A DNA stretch of 64,000 nucleotides, from positions 1,103 to 65,102 of the IMG/VR virus record IMGVR_UViG_3300021958_000057; one strand, written 5' to 3'. Below are positions 44,865 through 53,030 of the stretch, in pieces. The notes below the pieces were generated by a model, which searched no databases, was not told the DNA's origin, and was given only the letters and a program-made list of their open reading frames with translations. Numbering within the stretch: the stretch's first letter is position 1; the number at the start of each line of letters is the position of its first letter. This stretch comes from a virus (lineage: Duplodnaviria; Caudoviricetes). A program made the translations under genes and the position numbers.

Positions 44865-45397
44865 TATCTAGTAACAGGGCCTAACAACCAACCAACAATA
44901 CTTTTTCTTACACCAGACTTTACTGGTCTTACTCTGTGCCACATATCTGAATTAAATATCACACAGTTTTCATTACTACGTTTCCACTTTGATATATATC
45001 TAGGTTTTACATCTGGGCCGTGTATTTCTAAATCAAACTCACCACCCTTAAAGTTACTATTTAAGAATATAGAAAATGATATCTTTCTTATTCTACCATC
45101 TTCATAAGGTTTATTATTTAAGTCTTGATGCCAACCATATTCTTGACTTGTATCATATTCAGAATATTGTAAAGGTTCTATATTATCCAGATGCAGATTT
45201 GAAAAGTCTTTTGTTTTATTTTTTATCACAGAGAAAACTCTTTGACAAATGGTTTTATCTTTTATCCATGATACACTAGAATTTCTTTTTGTCAACCCAC
45301 TTGCATCATTTATATTACCTTTTGTCAAGATGTCTTCTTTACTTCTCAACATATCTTGTATCAAGTTATTTGGAAAATTTATTACTGAATAGTTCAT
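44864..45397 (-). CDS. 2OG-Fe(II) oxygenase (PKHD/PiuC-like)
   Basis: YGWHQD...RKISFSIFLNSNFKGGEF...FNSDMWHRVRPVKSGVRKSIVGW. Confidence 0.87.
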   Translation of the reverse strand: MNYSVINFPNNLIQDMLRSKEDILTKGNINDASGLTKRNSSVSWIKDKTICQRVFSVIKNKTKDFSNLHLDNIEPLQYSEYDTSQEYGWHQDLNNKPYEDGRIRKISFSIFLNSNFKGGEFDLEIHGPDVKPRYISKWKRSNENCVIFNSDMWHRVRPVKSGVRKSIVGWLLGPVTR

Positions 45398-45829
45398 TTA
45401 ATATGTCACTCCAGCCTCAAATTTCTTCCATTCAATAGCGTTTTTAATATCCCAACCACGATTATCAACTGACTTGATAACTCCTTTGATATAGTCCACT
45501 ACTGTTTCTAAATAACCTACTTTGTTCTCTGCATTTATAATTTCTTCGTCTGAAGTAATGTAAACTGCTAAGTCTGTTTTGAGAACTTTGAGGTCAAAAG
45601 GTTTGGTTGCATATATCTTTGCATCAGCTTTACCACCATAGTATTCCCACTTTTCACGATACAATCGTTTATAATCTCCTTTTGCTTTAAACAAAAGAAG
45701 TTCAAATCTAGATTTGTGTTCTAGGTATTTTGCTTTTATTTCTTGATTTTTTAAAGATTCGGTATCTAGATGTTCATCATCTACTTTCAAGTCTTTTTGG
45801 ACTTGAAGTTTCAATTCTTCCAAATTCAT
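45398..45829 (-). CDS. uvsY: Recombination mediator UvsY
   Basis: EKWEYYGGK...PFDLKVLKTD...RGWDIKNAIEWKKF. Confidence 0.93.
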   Translation of the reverse strand: MNLEELKLQVQKDLKVDDEHLDTESLKNQEIKAKYLEHKSRFELLLFKAKGDYKRLYREKWEYYGGKADAKIYATKPFDLKVLKTDLAVYITSDEEIINAENKVGYLETVVDYIKGVIKSVDNRGWDIKNAIEWKKFEAGVTY

Positions 45830-45841
45830 TTTTACTCCATA

Positions 45842-46432
45842 TTATAAAGTCACTATCTCATATAATTTATAACGAAAATCAATCGTTGCTGTTAAGTAGT
45901 CAACATCAGCCTCTTGACTGTTATAATCTAATCCACTCAAAGATACTGGAAACATATCTGAATATCTTACCTCTACAATAGGATTATTTTTATTAGAAAG
46001 TATTGTAAGAGTTGCATCCGAATAAAGTGGTCTATCAGCAGTAGTCTTACCAACCTTACCAATATCAGTATTTCCACCACCTCCAGCATTTGCTGTATTT
46101 GATGTGGTTGAACGAAAGGTTGTGAATTGTTGTCTGTCTGATGGAAAACCAATACCTATTAACCAGTTATGTATTGATATATAGTTTTCTAAAAACTCAT
46201 CTACTATAAAACTTATTGAAAGATTTTCATATGTTATCTTATCGCCAACAATTGGTATATCTGTATATGGAGTTGGTATAATTAACTCACCTAAACTTAT
46301 GCCAGGCAAGTTTGCTGATGTGGTAAAGAACTCCACCTTTGGTAGTTGATTAATACTAAATCTAAACTGTGTCGGGCTACTATAATCCGTTACAGTTGGT
46401 TGTCTTGATAATGGTGAAGTTGCTGTTGTCAT
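45842..46432 (-). CDS. gp3: Tail completion/tube terminator protein gp3-like
   Basis: SPTQFRF..P.VEFF...NLPGI, LSISFIVDEFLENY, F.DMFPVSLS; follows gp23 as in T4-like cyanophages. Confidence 0.85.
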   Translation of the reverse strand: MTTATSPLSRQPTVTDYSSPTQFRFSINQLPKVEFFTTSANLPGISLGELIIPTPYTDIPIVGDKITYENLSISFIVDEFLENYISIHNWLIGIGFPSDRQQFTTFRSTTSNTANAGGGGNTDIGKVGKTTADRPLYSDATLTILSNKNNPIVEVRYSDMFPVSLSGLDYNSQEADVDYLTATIDFRYKLYEIVTL

Positions 46433-46437
46433 AATAC

Positions 46438-46445
46438 TATTTATA
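46438..46445 (-). promoter_or_regulatory. T4-type late promoter
   Basis: TATAAATA directly upstream of gp3. Confidence 0.8.
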
Positions 46446-46447
46446 AC

Positions 46448-46475
46448 AAAAAAAAGAGGGGAATAAATCCCCTCT
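46448..46475 (-). terminator. Rho-independent terminator after gp23
   Basis: AGAGGGGA-loop-TCCCCTCT followed by a poly-T run on the minus strand. Confidence 0.85.
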
Positions 46476-46498
46476 GTTTTAGGTTGGTTCTTTTTACT

Positions 46499-47815
46499 TT
46501 ACATTAAGTTAGAAACTTTAACTTTTCTGTAGTACTTATTGGTAGCAGATGTAATGGTAATTGCACCATCTGTGGAAGCAGCAACTGTTCCAGTATGGAA
46601 TGGGTTAGCAGCAATTCCGTATCTTGTCTTGAAACCAATTTTTGGTTGGAAAGTATTCTCTCCTACTGCACGAACCATCTGTAGTGGAACGTATGGGCAG
46701 TAGAACATACCAGCGTCATATGGAGAAGTTCCTTTATAACCAACTATGTAGTATTGTGATGCAGATACGTTAGCAGCATATGGGTCTACATATACTTTGT
46801 ATCTACCATTCATAACACCAGCAAATGTTGTTGAAGTGTCATCAACATTTAAGTTGTTATTAAGAGCAGGAGTGTAATCTAGAACACCAGCCATCTGAAG
46901 TGCAGAAGCAACATCAGCTGAACATAGTATCATATTACCTTTTCCTCTACGAGTCTGTTGACCGATAGCGTTGGCATCTCTCTCTATTTGAAACATAAGT
47001 CCTTTGAATTTCTCAACTGACCATCTACCATTTGAATCTGTATCTAGGTCAAAGATACCAGCAGTAGTTGTGTTTGCTTGAGCACCTTTTACGGCAGAAA
47101 CATAAATGTTTCTTACAACTTCTCTGTTAATCTCTGCAAGAATTTCAGCAGATAGTATGTTTGCAAGTTCTGTTTCAGCATCTAAACCATGAATTGCTTT
47201 TAAGTCTTGAGCAAGTTCCATAGTATATTCTGCTTTTAGAGCTCTTGATACAGCAGTAACAGTATGCTTCTCAATACTGAAAGCCATCTCTGCGAAAGCG
47301 TTAGTAGTAGTATCACCTAATGCTTCACCTTGTGCAAGTGTCATACCAGTTGCAGTAGTATATGTACCAGCAGGACTGTCATTTAACACAGCAGGGTTAG
47401 TACCAGAGATATCTCCACCACCAGTATCAGAACCAGCATCTTGGTTTGACAACATTGCTGGTTCATCTGCAAGTGCTTCTGCACCAGCTTGTGATAATGC
47501 TCTTGCTCTCATTGCAAAGATAAGACCAGTTGGGCCAGTCATAGGTTGAACACCACAAATATCATATGCGATTAGATTAGGCATAGAACGTCTTACTAAT
47601 GAGATCAAAATTGGATCCCAATTATCTATACTTCCACCAGTTGCGTTTGTTGGTGCAGCTTCACCTAAGAAGTTTCTGTCTTCTCTTAGAGCTTTTTCTT
47701 GATTTTCTAAGATTATTGTAGTAACGGCACGCCTGTAATTATCCTTGATTTCTGGTAAATCTGGATGTTGAAGGACTGGCGACCACTTTTCTTGTAGATG
47801 TTCTGTTTGAAACAT
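46499..47815 (-). CDS. gp23: Major capsid protein gp23
   Basis: LQEKWSPVL, GVQPMTGPTGLIFAMR, SRALKAEYTMELAQDLKAIHGLDAE, YCPYVPL. Confidence 0.99.
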   Translation of the reverse strand: MFQTEHLQEKWSPVLQHPDLPEIKDNYRRAVTTIILENQEKALREDRNFLGEAAPTNATGGSIDNWDPILISLVRRSMPNLIAYDICGVQPMTGPTGLIFAMRARALSQAGAEALADEPAMLSNQDAGSDTGGGDISGTNPAVLNDSPAGTYTTATGMTLAQGEALGDTTTNAFAEMAFSIEKHTVTAVSRALKAEYTMELAQDLKAIHGLDAETELANILSAEILAEINREVVRNIYVSAVKGAQANTTTAGIFDLDTDSNGRWSVEKFKGLMFQIERDANAIGQQTRRGKGNMILCSADVASALQMAGVLDYTPALNNNLNVDDTSTTFAGVMNGRYKVYVDPYAANVSASQYYIVGYKGTSPYDAGMFYCPYVPLQMVRAVGENTFQPKIGFKTRYGIAANPFHTGTVAASTDGAITITSATNKYYRKVKVSNLM

Positions 47816-47842
47816 TGGTTTCTCCTTATTTTTTTCTACTTT

Positions 47843-47850
47843 TATTTATA
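47843..47850 (-). promoter_or_regulatory. T4-type late promoter for gp23
   Basis: TATAAATA, then an AAGGAG SD. Confidence 0.85.
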
Positions 47851-47856
47851 AAATTG

Positions 47857-49299
47857 TTATTTTGCACTATTAACTGTTCTCCCAATAGCGGACATATAAG
47901 CTGCCATTGAGTCACTTGTGTCAATGTCCTGTGCGATACCAGTTTCTACATCATCTAGTGTTTCAGTCAAAACTGTAGATGTCTTAGGGAAATAACTTTC
48001 CTTTAGAGTTCCAAGTTTTTCACGATAAGACTCTTCGTTAGTGAAGTCTACATCTTCAATTAATGACTTAAACTTTTCAATTTCTGTTTCAGCCAAGTCA
48101 GAAGAAAGTGCTGACAAGACTTGTTCCTTCACTAGTGTAGCATTAACCAACTTGGACTGGATTTGCTCTTCCATCATTTCATTAATTCTACCTTCTAGTT
48201 CTGAAATCTTTTCTGATTGTGCTTCTAACACATCATACTTTTCATCTGGAACATCAACATAGTGGTCTTCAAACAATTGTTTTAAACCAGAGATAAAGTC
48301 TTCTGCAATCTCGCCTTTTAGGCCTCTTTCAATTGCTAACTCGTTCTCTTTCATCCATTCTTCAACAACATAATTCATGTATGAATCAACTTTTTCAGTT
48401 AATTCTTCCTTAGTTGTGTTTATATTTTCTTCCAGTTCAGATTTATATTCGTCTTCCATTCTTTCTACTTCAGAACGAACTTTTGATTTAACTGCGGCCT
48501 CAAATACTGTTGCGGCTTTACGTTTGAAATCTTCGGAAAGGTCACCCTCACCATTCATTAAAGCATTTACGTGCTCAGATACGTCAATAGACTTTAAACG
48601 ATTTTCAACAGCTTCAGATTTTGCTTTCTCTTCTTCTGTTTCTTTTTTGTCATGCATACCCATATTCATCATTTTTTCATATGTTGCTTGGATAACATCT
48701 TTTTTCTCTTTATGCATACCCATCATCATATCTTTCATGGCATTAATCATTTTGTCTTTGGTCATGTTTTCTTTTTTCTCATCATGAGCTTCTGTTTGAA
48801 GGATTTTCATGTCTTCTGCCATAACTTTTCTCTCTACTCCATGTTTGAATGTAACATCATACCATGCAACATATCCGTCTGCATCTGGTATAGCGTGTGA
48901 TTCTTTGATTGGTTTACCTTTACCAAATACTGGATGTTCAACAAAAGTAGCACAGTCGTGGTCTTTTGTATGACAAAGTTCTCTGATTTCTTCATCAGAA
49001 AAACTTTCCATTTTAGATTTGATACCACCCTCTGCAGCTCCACCAGTTTTTGCTGGTGCTGATGAGTCTTTCTTTACTTTTTTAGCAGGGTCAATTTTTC
49101 CTGTTTGTTTTGCATCTTTAGTTGGTGATGGGCCTCCGATTTCGCCTTCATTCTCTGTAGCGCCATCTGAGTCCATTGTATCCATTTTTTCTGGTTTCCC
49201 AGCAGATTTCATAGGAGCATCTGCACCATTAGCTTCTTCCAATTCACTAAGTACTTCTGCTTCTAATTCCTCAATGGTTTTATCTAATTCATTAGCCAT
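47857..49299 (-). CDS. gp22: Prohead core scaffold protein gp22 (extended)
   Basis: LSEDFKRKAATVFEAAV, VDSYMNYVVEEWMKENELAIERG, LKESYF; lies between gp21 and gp23. Confidence 0.93.
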   Translation of the reverse strand: MANELDKTIEELEAEVLSELEEANGADAPMKSAGKPEKMDTMDSDGATENEGEIGGPSPTKDAKQTGKIDPAKKVKKDSSAPAKTGGAAEGGIKSKMESFSDEEIRELCHTKDHDCATFVEHPVFGKGKPIKESHAIPDADGYVAWYDVTFKHGVERKVMAEDMKILQTEAHDEKKENMTKDKMINAMKDMMMGMHKEKKDVIQATYEKMMNMGMHDKKETEEEKAKSEAVENRLKSIDVSEHVNALMNGEGDLSEDFKRKAATVFEAAVKSKVRSEVERMEDEYKSELEENINTTKEELTEKVDSYMNYVVEEWMKENELAIERGLKGEIAEDFISGLKQLFEDHYVDVPDEKYDVLEAQSEKISELEGRINEMMEEQIQSKLVNATLVKEQVLSALSSDLAETEIEKFKSLIEDVDFTNEESYREKLGTLKESYFPKTSTVLTETLDDVETGIAQDIDTSDSMAAYMSAIGRTVNSAK

Positions 49300-49323
49300 G
49301 GGGATTTTCTCCTTTAAATTTTG

Positions 49324-49344
49324 TATTTATATGACTTATTTATA
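49324..49344 (-). promoter_or_regulatory. Two tandem late promoters upstream of gp22
   Basis: TATAAATA at 49324-31 and 49337-44. Confidence 0.8.
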
Positions 49345-49346
49345 AA

Positions 49347-50009
49347 TTACAGTTTTTGTAAAAACCTTGCGAACTCTAAACTATCCGCTGCAGAATTGTT
49401 AGTTCTGTGGTTTTCTTCAATGTTATCTTTTATCTCTGCAACATCGGCTTCTTTTATCAAACCATTGTTCCAAATCCACTCTTTACCTTCCATAATACCC
49501 TCAACAAATGCGTTGGGAGCAGATGGGTCTGCAACAATATCAGCTGCAGTTGCAAGGTAAAAGTCTTTTCTCACTACGTTAGCACCATTTTTTTGGTCTA
49601 AACTCCCCATGCCTCTAGATGATACACCTAATTTTGCACCATCATCCATCAGAGATTTTACTATTTCACCCATAGGGGTTGAAAGTATCTTTGCTTCTCC
49701 AATAAAATTCTTTCCGTCTGGTTGTAAAGAAGTAATCATATGAGATGCTCTTTCTAGATTAACAGTTGGCCCGTCTGGGTGTCCTAACTCTCCAAATGCT
49801 CTTTTCTCATTGATGTACTCTTTATTATAACGACTTACTTCTTTATTAAGTATTTCCATAGGATATATACGACCATTACGATTCTTAATATCAGCTTGCA
49901 TAAATATACCTTTTATCTTGTAGTTTTTCTTGCCAGACTTTTCATCTTGTTCAATTAGATAATCGGTATCATGTTCTATATGTTCTGATATTAATTTTAA
50001 TGTGTACAT
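49347..50009 (-). CDS. gp21: Prohead protease gp21
   Basis: KNRNGRIYP, GELGHP, LGVSSRGMGS, DIVADPSAP. Confidence 0.97.
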   Translation of the reverse strand: MYTLKLISEHIEHDTDYLIEQDEKSGKKNYKIKGIFMQADIKNRNGRIYPMEILNKEVSRYNKEYINEKRAFGELGHPDGPTVNLERASHMITSLQPDGKNFIGEAKILSTPMGEIVKSLMDDGAKLGVSSRGMGSLDQKNGANVVRKDFYLATAADIVADPSAPNAFVEGIMEGKEWIWNNGLIKEADVAEIKDNIEENHRTNNSAADSLEFARFLQKL

Positions 50010-50020
50010 TATTCTATCCT

Positions 50021-50440
50021 TTATGAAGTATATGCTTCATCTTTTCTAAATTCTAATATTACAAAACCAGATGTTCCTCTTGTTTCTGCTGTAATATCAG
50101 AAGATGTTGCAGTTGTGTTTGTTGCCGCAGCCTTAATCGCACCAGCAGAACCATCATAATGTCCAGTACCAGCGAGGTGTAATGCAACTACATCAGATGA
50201 TGCACCTTTAAATTCAATGATACAATCTCCAGTATTTCCAGCAGCAGTTCCTTGAGTAAATGCCCACCACGCTCTTACTAAATCTAACTTGGCACCATTC
50301 GCAAATCCATCTAATCCATCTCCATCTAATATAAGATTAGTTGCAGTATCGTTATCAAAAACTGCTTTGATTGTTACAAATCCACCAGCTTTAGGTGCAT
50401 TGACTACTGTATCTCTCAATGTTGTTGTTACGAATGACAT
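50021..50440 (-). CDS. Hypothetical beta-rich protein in the prohead operon
   Basis: 139-aa ORF between gp67 and gp21. Confidence 0.5.
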   Translation of the reverse strand: MSFVTTTLRDTVVNAPKAGGFVTIKAVFDNDTATNLILDGDGLDGFANGAKLDLVRAWWAFTQGTAAGNTGDCIIEFKGASSDVVALHLAGTGHYDGSAGAIKAAATNTTATSSDITAETRGTSGFVILEFRKDEAYTS

Positions 50441-50451
50441 TATTTAACCCC

Positions 50452-50697
50452 TTAAAATGCTAACATTTCTTTTTCAAAATATCCCATAAGTTCCTTTTCG
50501 GACACCTTATATTTTTTAGATACTTGATTAATAGTTTTTTCAAAAGTATTTAGGAAATCTGAAGGTTTAGTATCCATTTTATTAAAAATATCATCAACAG
50601 CGTCTTTCATCTTCGGAGAAAGTTTCTTATACTGTTTAGATTTCTTATGTTCATCTTTCTCTGGGAGAGATGTATACAATGAATTAAACTGTTTCAT
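50452..50697 (-). CDS. Small prohead-associated hypothetical protein
   Basis: Starts MKQFNSLY; lies in the prohead operon. Confidence 0.5.
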   Translation of the reverse strand: MKQFNSLYTSLPEKDEHKKSKQYKKLSPKMKDAVDDIFNKMDTKPSDFLNTFEKTINQVSKKYKVSEKELMGYFEKEMLAF

Positions 50698-50863
50698 TTT
50701 CCTCTACTTCTGGTATGTGGTTCTTTACGAAAGTTCCAGCAACCTCTTTTCTTTTTGTTTCAAGTGATTGTGCAACTCTATCTGTCATTGCACTTTTAAA
50801 TGCATCTTCAGCACCTAAGTTATTACCTTTTTGTAATTCATCTACGAAATTTTCTGCACTCAT
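50684..50863 (-). CDS. gp67: Prohead core protein gp67-like (59 aa)
   Basis: Manual translation MSAENFVDELQKGNNLGAEDAFKSAMTDRVAQSLETKRKEVAGTF...; TAATG-coupled to gp20; not in the ORF track. Confidence 0.7.
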   Translation of the reverse strand: MSAENFVDELQKGNNLGAEDAFKSAMTDRVAQSLETKRKEVAGTFVKNHIPEVEENETV

Positions 50864-52458
50864 TATTTTTCTCCATTATCTTCTGGTGGTTCTTGACCAT
50901 CATATTTATCTAGGTCATCTGCTGGTATTGGAGCACCATCCATAGACGGAAATCTTGTAATACCATCAGTATTTTGTGGTATATCAACTCCACCCTCATC
51001 TGGGTCAAGACCAGCTTCTTTGTTAATCTGTTTCTGCATATTATCAATTTCTGCATCAGTAAAATTAAGTACGTTTTTCTGTACCCATTCTTTACTAAAG
51101 AAAGTTCCAATATAACTTTCAATATTACCTAGTGCATTAATTCTATCCTCAAGTAATTCTGCTTTCTTGAGTTCTGCAAAGTGTCCATCTTGTAAGAAGT
51201 CATATTGAATATGTTGACTCATATTCTTCCAATCTTCTAAGGTAACTACACCTTTAAGAATAAGTTGTGTTTTTAACATATCAGTAAATAGAGGTGTAAA
51301 TCTTTTACGCAGTCTTTGGACAAACTTTGTAAACTTTAATTCATCTCTTGTAATTTCTGTAGAACGACCAAGACTAAAACCAGCCTCTGCTTCCAATCTT
51401 GAAATCGGTACGTTCAAAGAACGATATAGTTTTTTCTTAAAGTATTCTATATCATCTATCTCACCAAGATTAGAACCGCCAGGCAAAGTAGTAATCTCTG
51501 TTCCTCTACCACCCTCTCGTCTTGGTAACCAGAAATCTTCCAACATTGACATATGATTTCTGTCATCTCGTATCTCACCAGTAGATGCATCATAGACCAG
51601 TTTGTTTCTGTATCTATTCATAACATCTTTAAGATATTGTTCTGCTTTAATCTTAGGTAAGTTACCTACATCAATATAGAATATTCTACGTTCTGGAGCT
51701 CTTGATATTCTGTAAATAACTAACGCATCTTCAATCATGCGTAATTGATTTACTGGTTTAATTGCTTTGTGTAGGTAAGATAATACATGACCTCTATTCT
51801 GGTCAATTAATCCACTTGGACAATAAGTGATAGAATCTGGAGATATCTTAATACCCTCAGCAGTACCACCTTGTAAACCTTTATCATTATAAAGAAAATA
51901 TTCTTTTACGGCATGAATGAGTTCTATACTTGAGCCAGGTTTGTTTTGTTTCTTTACTTCTTTTACTTTACGAATTTTTTTAGGGTCAATGTATCTAAGT
52001 TCTTGAATACCTTTTCTTGGATTTTTCTTATCAATAACTTTATGATAATACATTCTTCCATCAACATACCAACGTCTGAATATATCGTGTCCTTTTTGGT
52101 CAAAGTTTAAAAGTTCTAGAACATTATCAAACTCTTCTCTGATTTTGTCTTTGATTTTTTTAGGAAGTAAAAGTCTGTCAAGTTCTATTGCAACTGCTTG
52201 GTCTTTTTCATTTGACACAATACCTTCATTTATGATATCCTCAATAGCAGAATCACATTCTGGTTGTTGTGCAATATCACGATATCTACGAACTAAATCT
52301 ATCTCTGAGCGTTCACGCCCATCTTGGTCTAATAGTTGTCCGTAAAAACCACCAGCGACTGCTTCCAGAGTTCCATCTTCTGAACTAGGTTCAGTAAATT
52401 TTTCTTTGGAAGCAGAGTCTTTAATTCTTTCAAATTTGAAACCAAAAAGTTCAGCCAT
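50863..52458 (-). CDS. gp20: Portal protein gp20
   Basis: FRRWYVDGR, RAPERRIFYIDVGNLPK, EDFWLPRREGGRGTEI. Confidence 0.98.
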   Translation of the reverse strand: MAELFGFKFERIKDSASKEKFTEPSSEDGTLEAVAGGFYGQLLDQDGRERSEIDLVRRYRDIAQQPECDSAIEDIINEGIVSNEKDQAVAIELDRLLLPKKIKDKIREEFDNVLELLNFDQKGHDIFRRWYVDGRMYYHKVIDKKNPRKGIQELRYIDPKKIRKVKEVKKQNKPGSSIELIHAVKEYFLYNDKGLQGGTAEGIKISPDSITYCPSGLIDQNRGHVLSYLHKAIKPVNQLRMIEDALVIYRISRAPERRIFYIDVGNLPKIKAEQYLKDVMNRYRNKLVYDASTGEIRDDRNHMSMLEDFWLPRREGGRGTEITTLPGGSNLGEIDDIEYFKKKLYRSLNVPISRLEAEAGFSLGRSTEITRDELKFTKFVQRLRKRFTPLFTDMLKTQLILKGVVTLEDWKNMSQHIQYDFLQDGHFAELKKAELLEDRINALGNIESYIGTFFSKEWVQKNVLNFTDAEIDNMQKQINKEAGLDPDEGGVDIPQNTDGITRFPSMDGAPIPADDLDKYDGQEPPEDNGEK

Positions 52459-52483
52459 AATATCTCCTACTAATGTTATAGAC

Positions 52484-52491
52484 TATTTAGT
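52484..52491 (-). promoter_or_regulatory. Possible variant late promoter (ACTAAATA) for gp20
   Basis: TAAATA core; intergenic, upstream of an AGGAG SD. Confidence 0.45.
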
Positions 52492-52494
52492 AGG

Positions 52495-53028
52495 TTAGAA
52501 ACTAACGCCTGATGGTTCAAAGTGTTGATATCTCCACTCAATGTCAAATGTTTCAATTTCAGTTGCTTCAGCAGAACTTAACTCAATTGCACTAATTGAT
52601 GTTGGAAATGCATTTCTGAAAATATAACTTTTTAAAACTGTATCATCTCTATCTAACTGTTCTACAGTTAAATCTGTTTGATAATCAGATGGAGAAATAA
52701 CACCAGTATTATCAACATAACTGTTAATACCATTTTGCCATAGTTCCATTGCATTTCTTATCATAAAGTCTGTGTCATTGTATACTGTAACTGACCAAGT
52801 TTCTGGAGCTGGTCTGTCACCAGTAATATAAATGTTTCTACCTCTAAATGGAACTGGAATTTCTGTCAAAGTAGATGCAGGCATCTGAGCAGCAGTTACA
52901 AGAAATGAAGTTCTACGAACATCTAGTCCGATTGCAATTCCAGATGGTGGTGTTAATGTTACTCTGAACTGGTTAGCACGAGCACCACCACCAATTAGAT
53001 TTGCTTTAAAGTCATCTATGTTTCCCAT
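52495..53028 (-). CDS. gp19: Tail tube protein gp19
   Basis: GGARANQF, PFRGRNI..TGDR, WSVTVYND, FPTSISAIELS. Confidence 0.96.
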   Translation of the reverse strand: MGNIDDFKANLIGGGARANQFRVTLTPPSGIAIGLDVRRTSFLVTAAQMPASTLTEIPVPFRGRNIYITGDRPAPETWSVTVYNDTDFMIRNAMELWQNGINSYVDNTGVISPSDYQTDLTVEQLDRDDTVLKSYIFRNAFPTSISAIELSSAEATEIETFDIEWRYQHFEPSGVSF

Positions 53029-53030
53029 GA

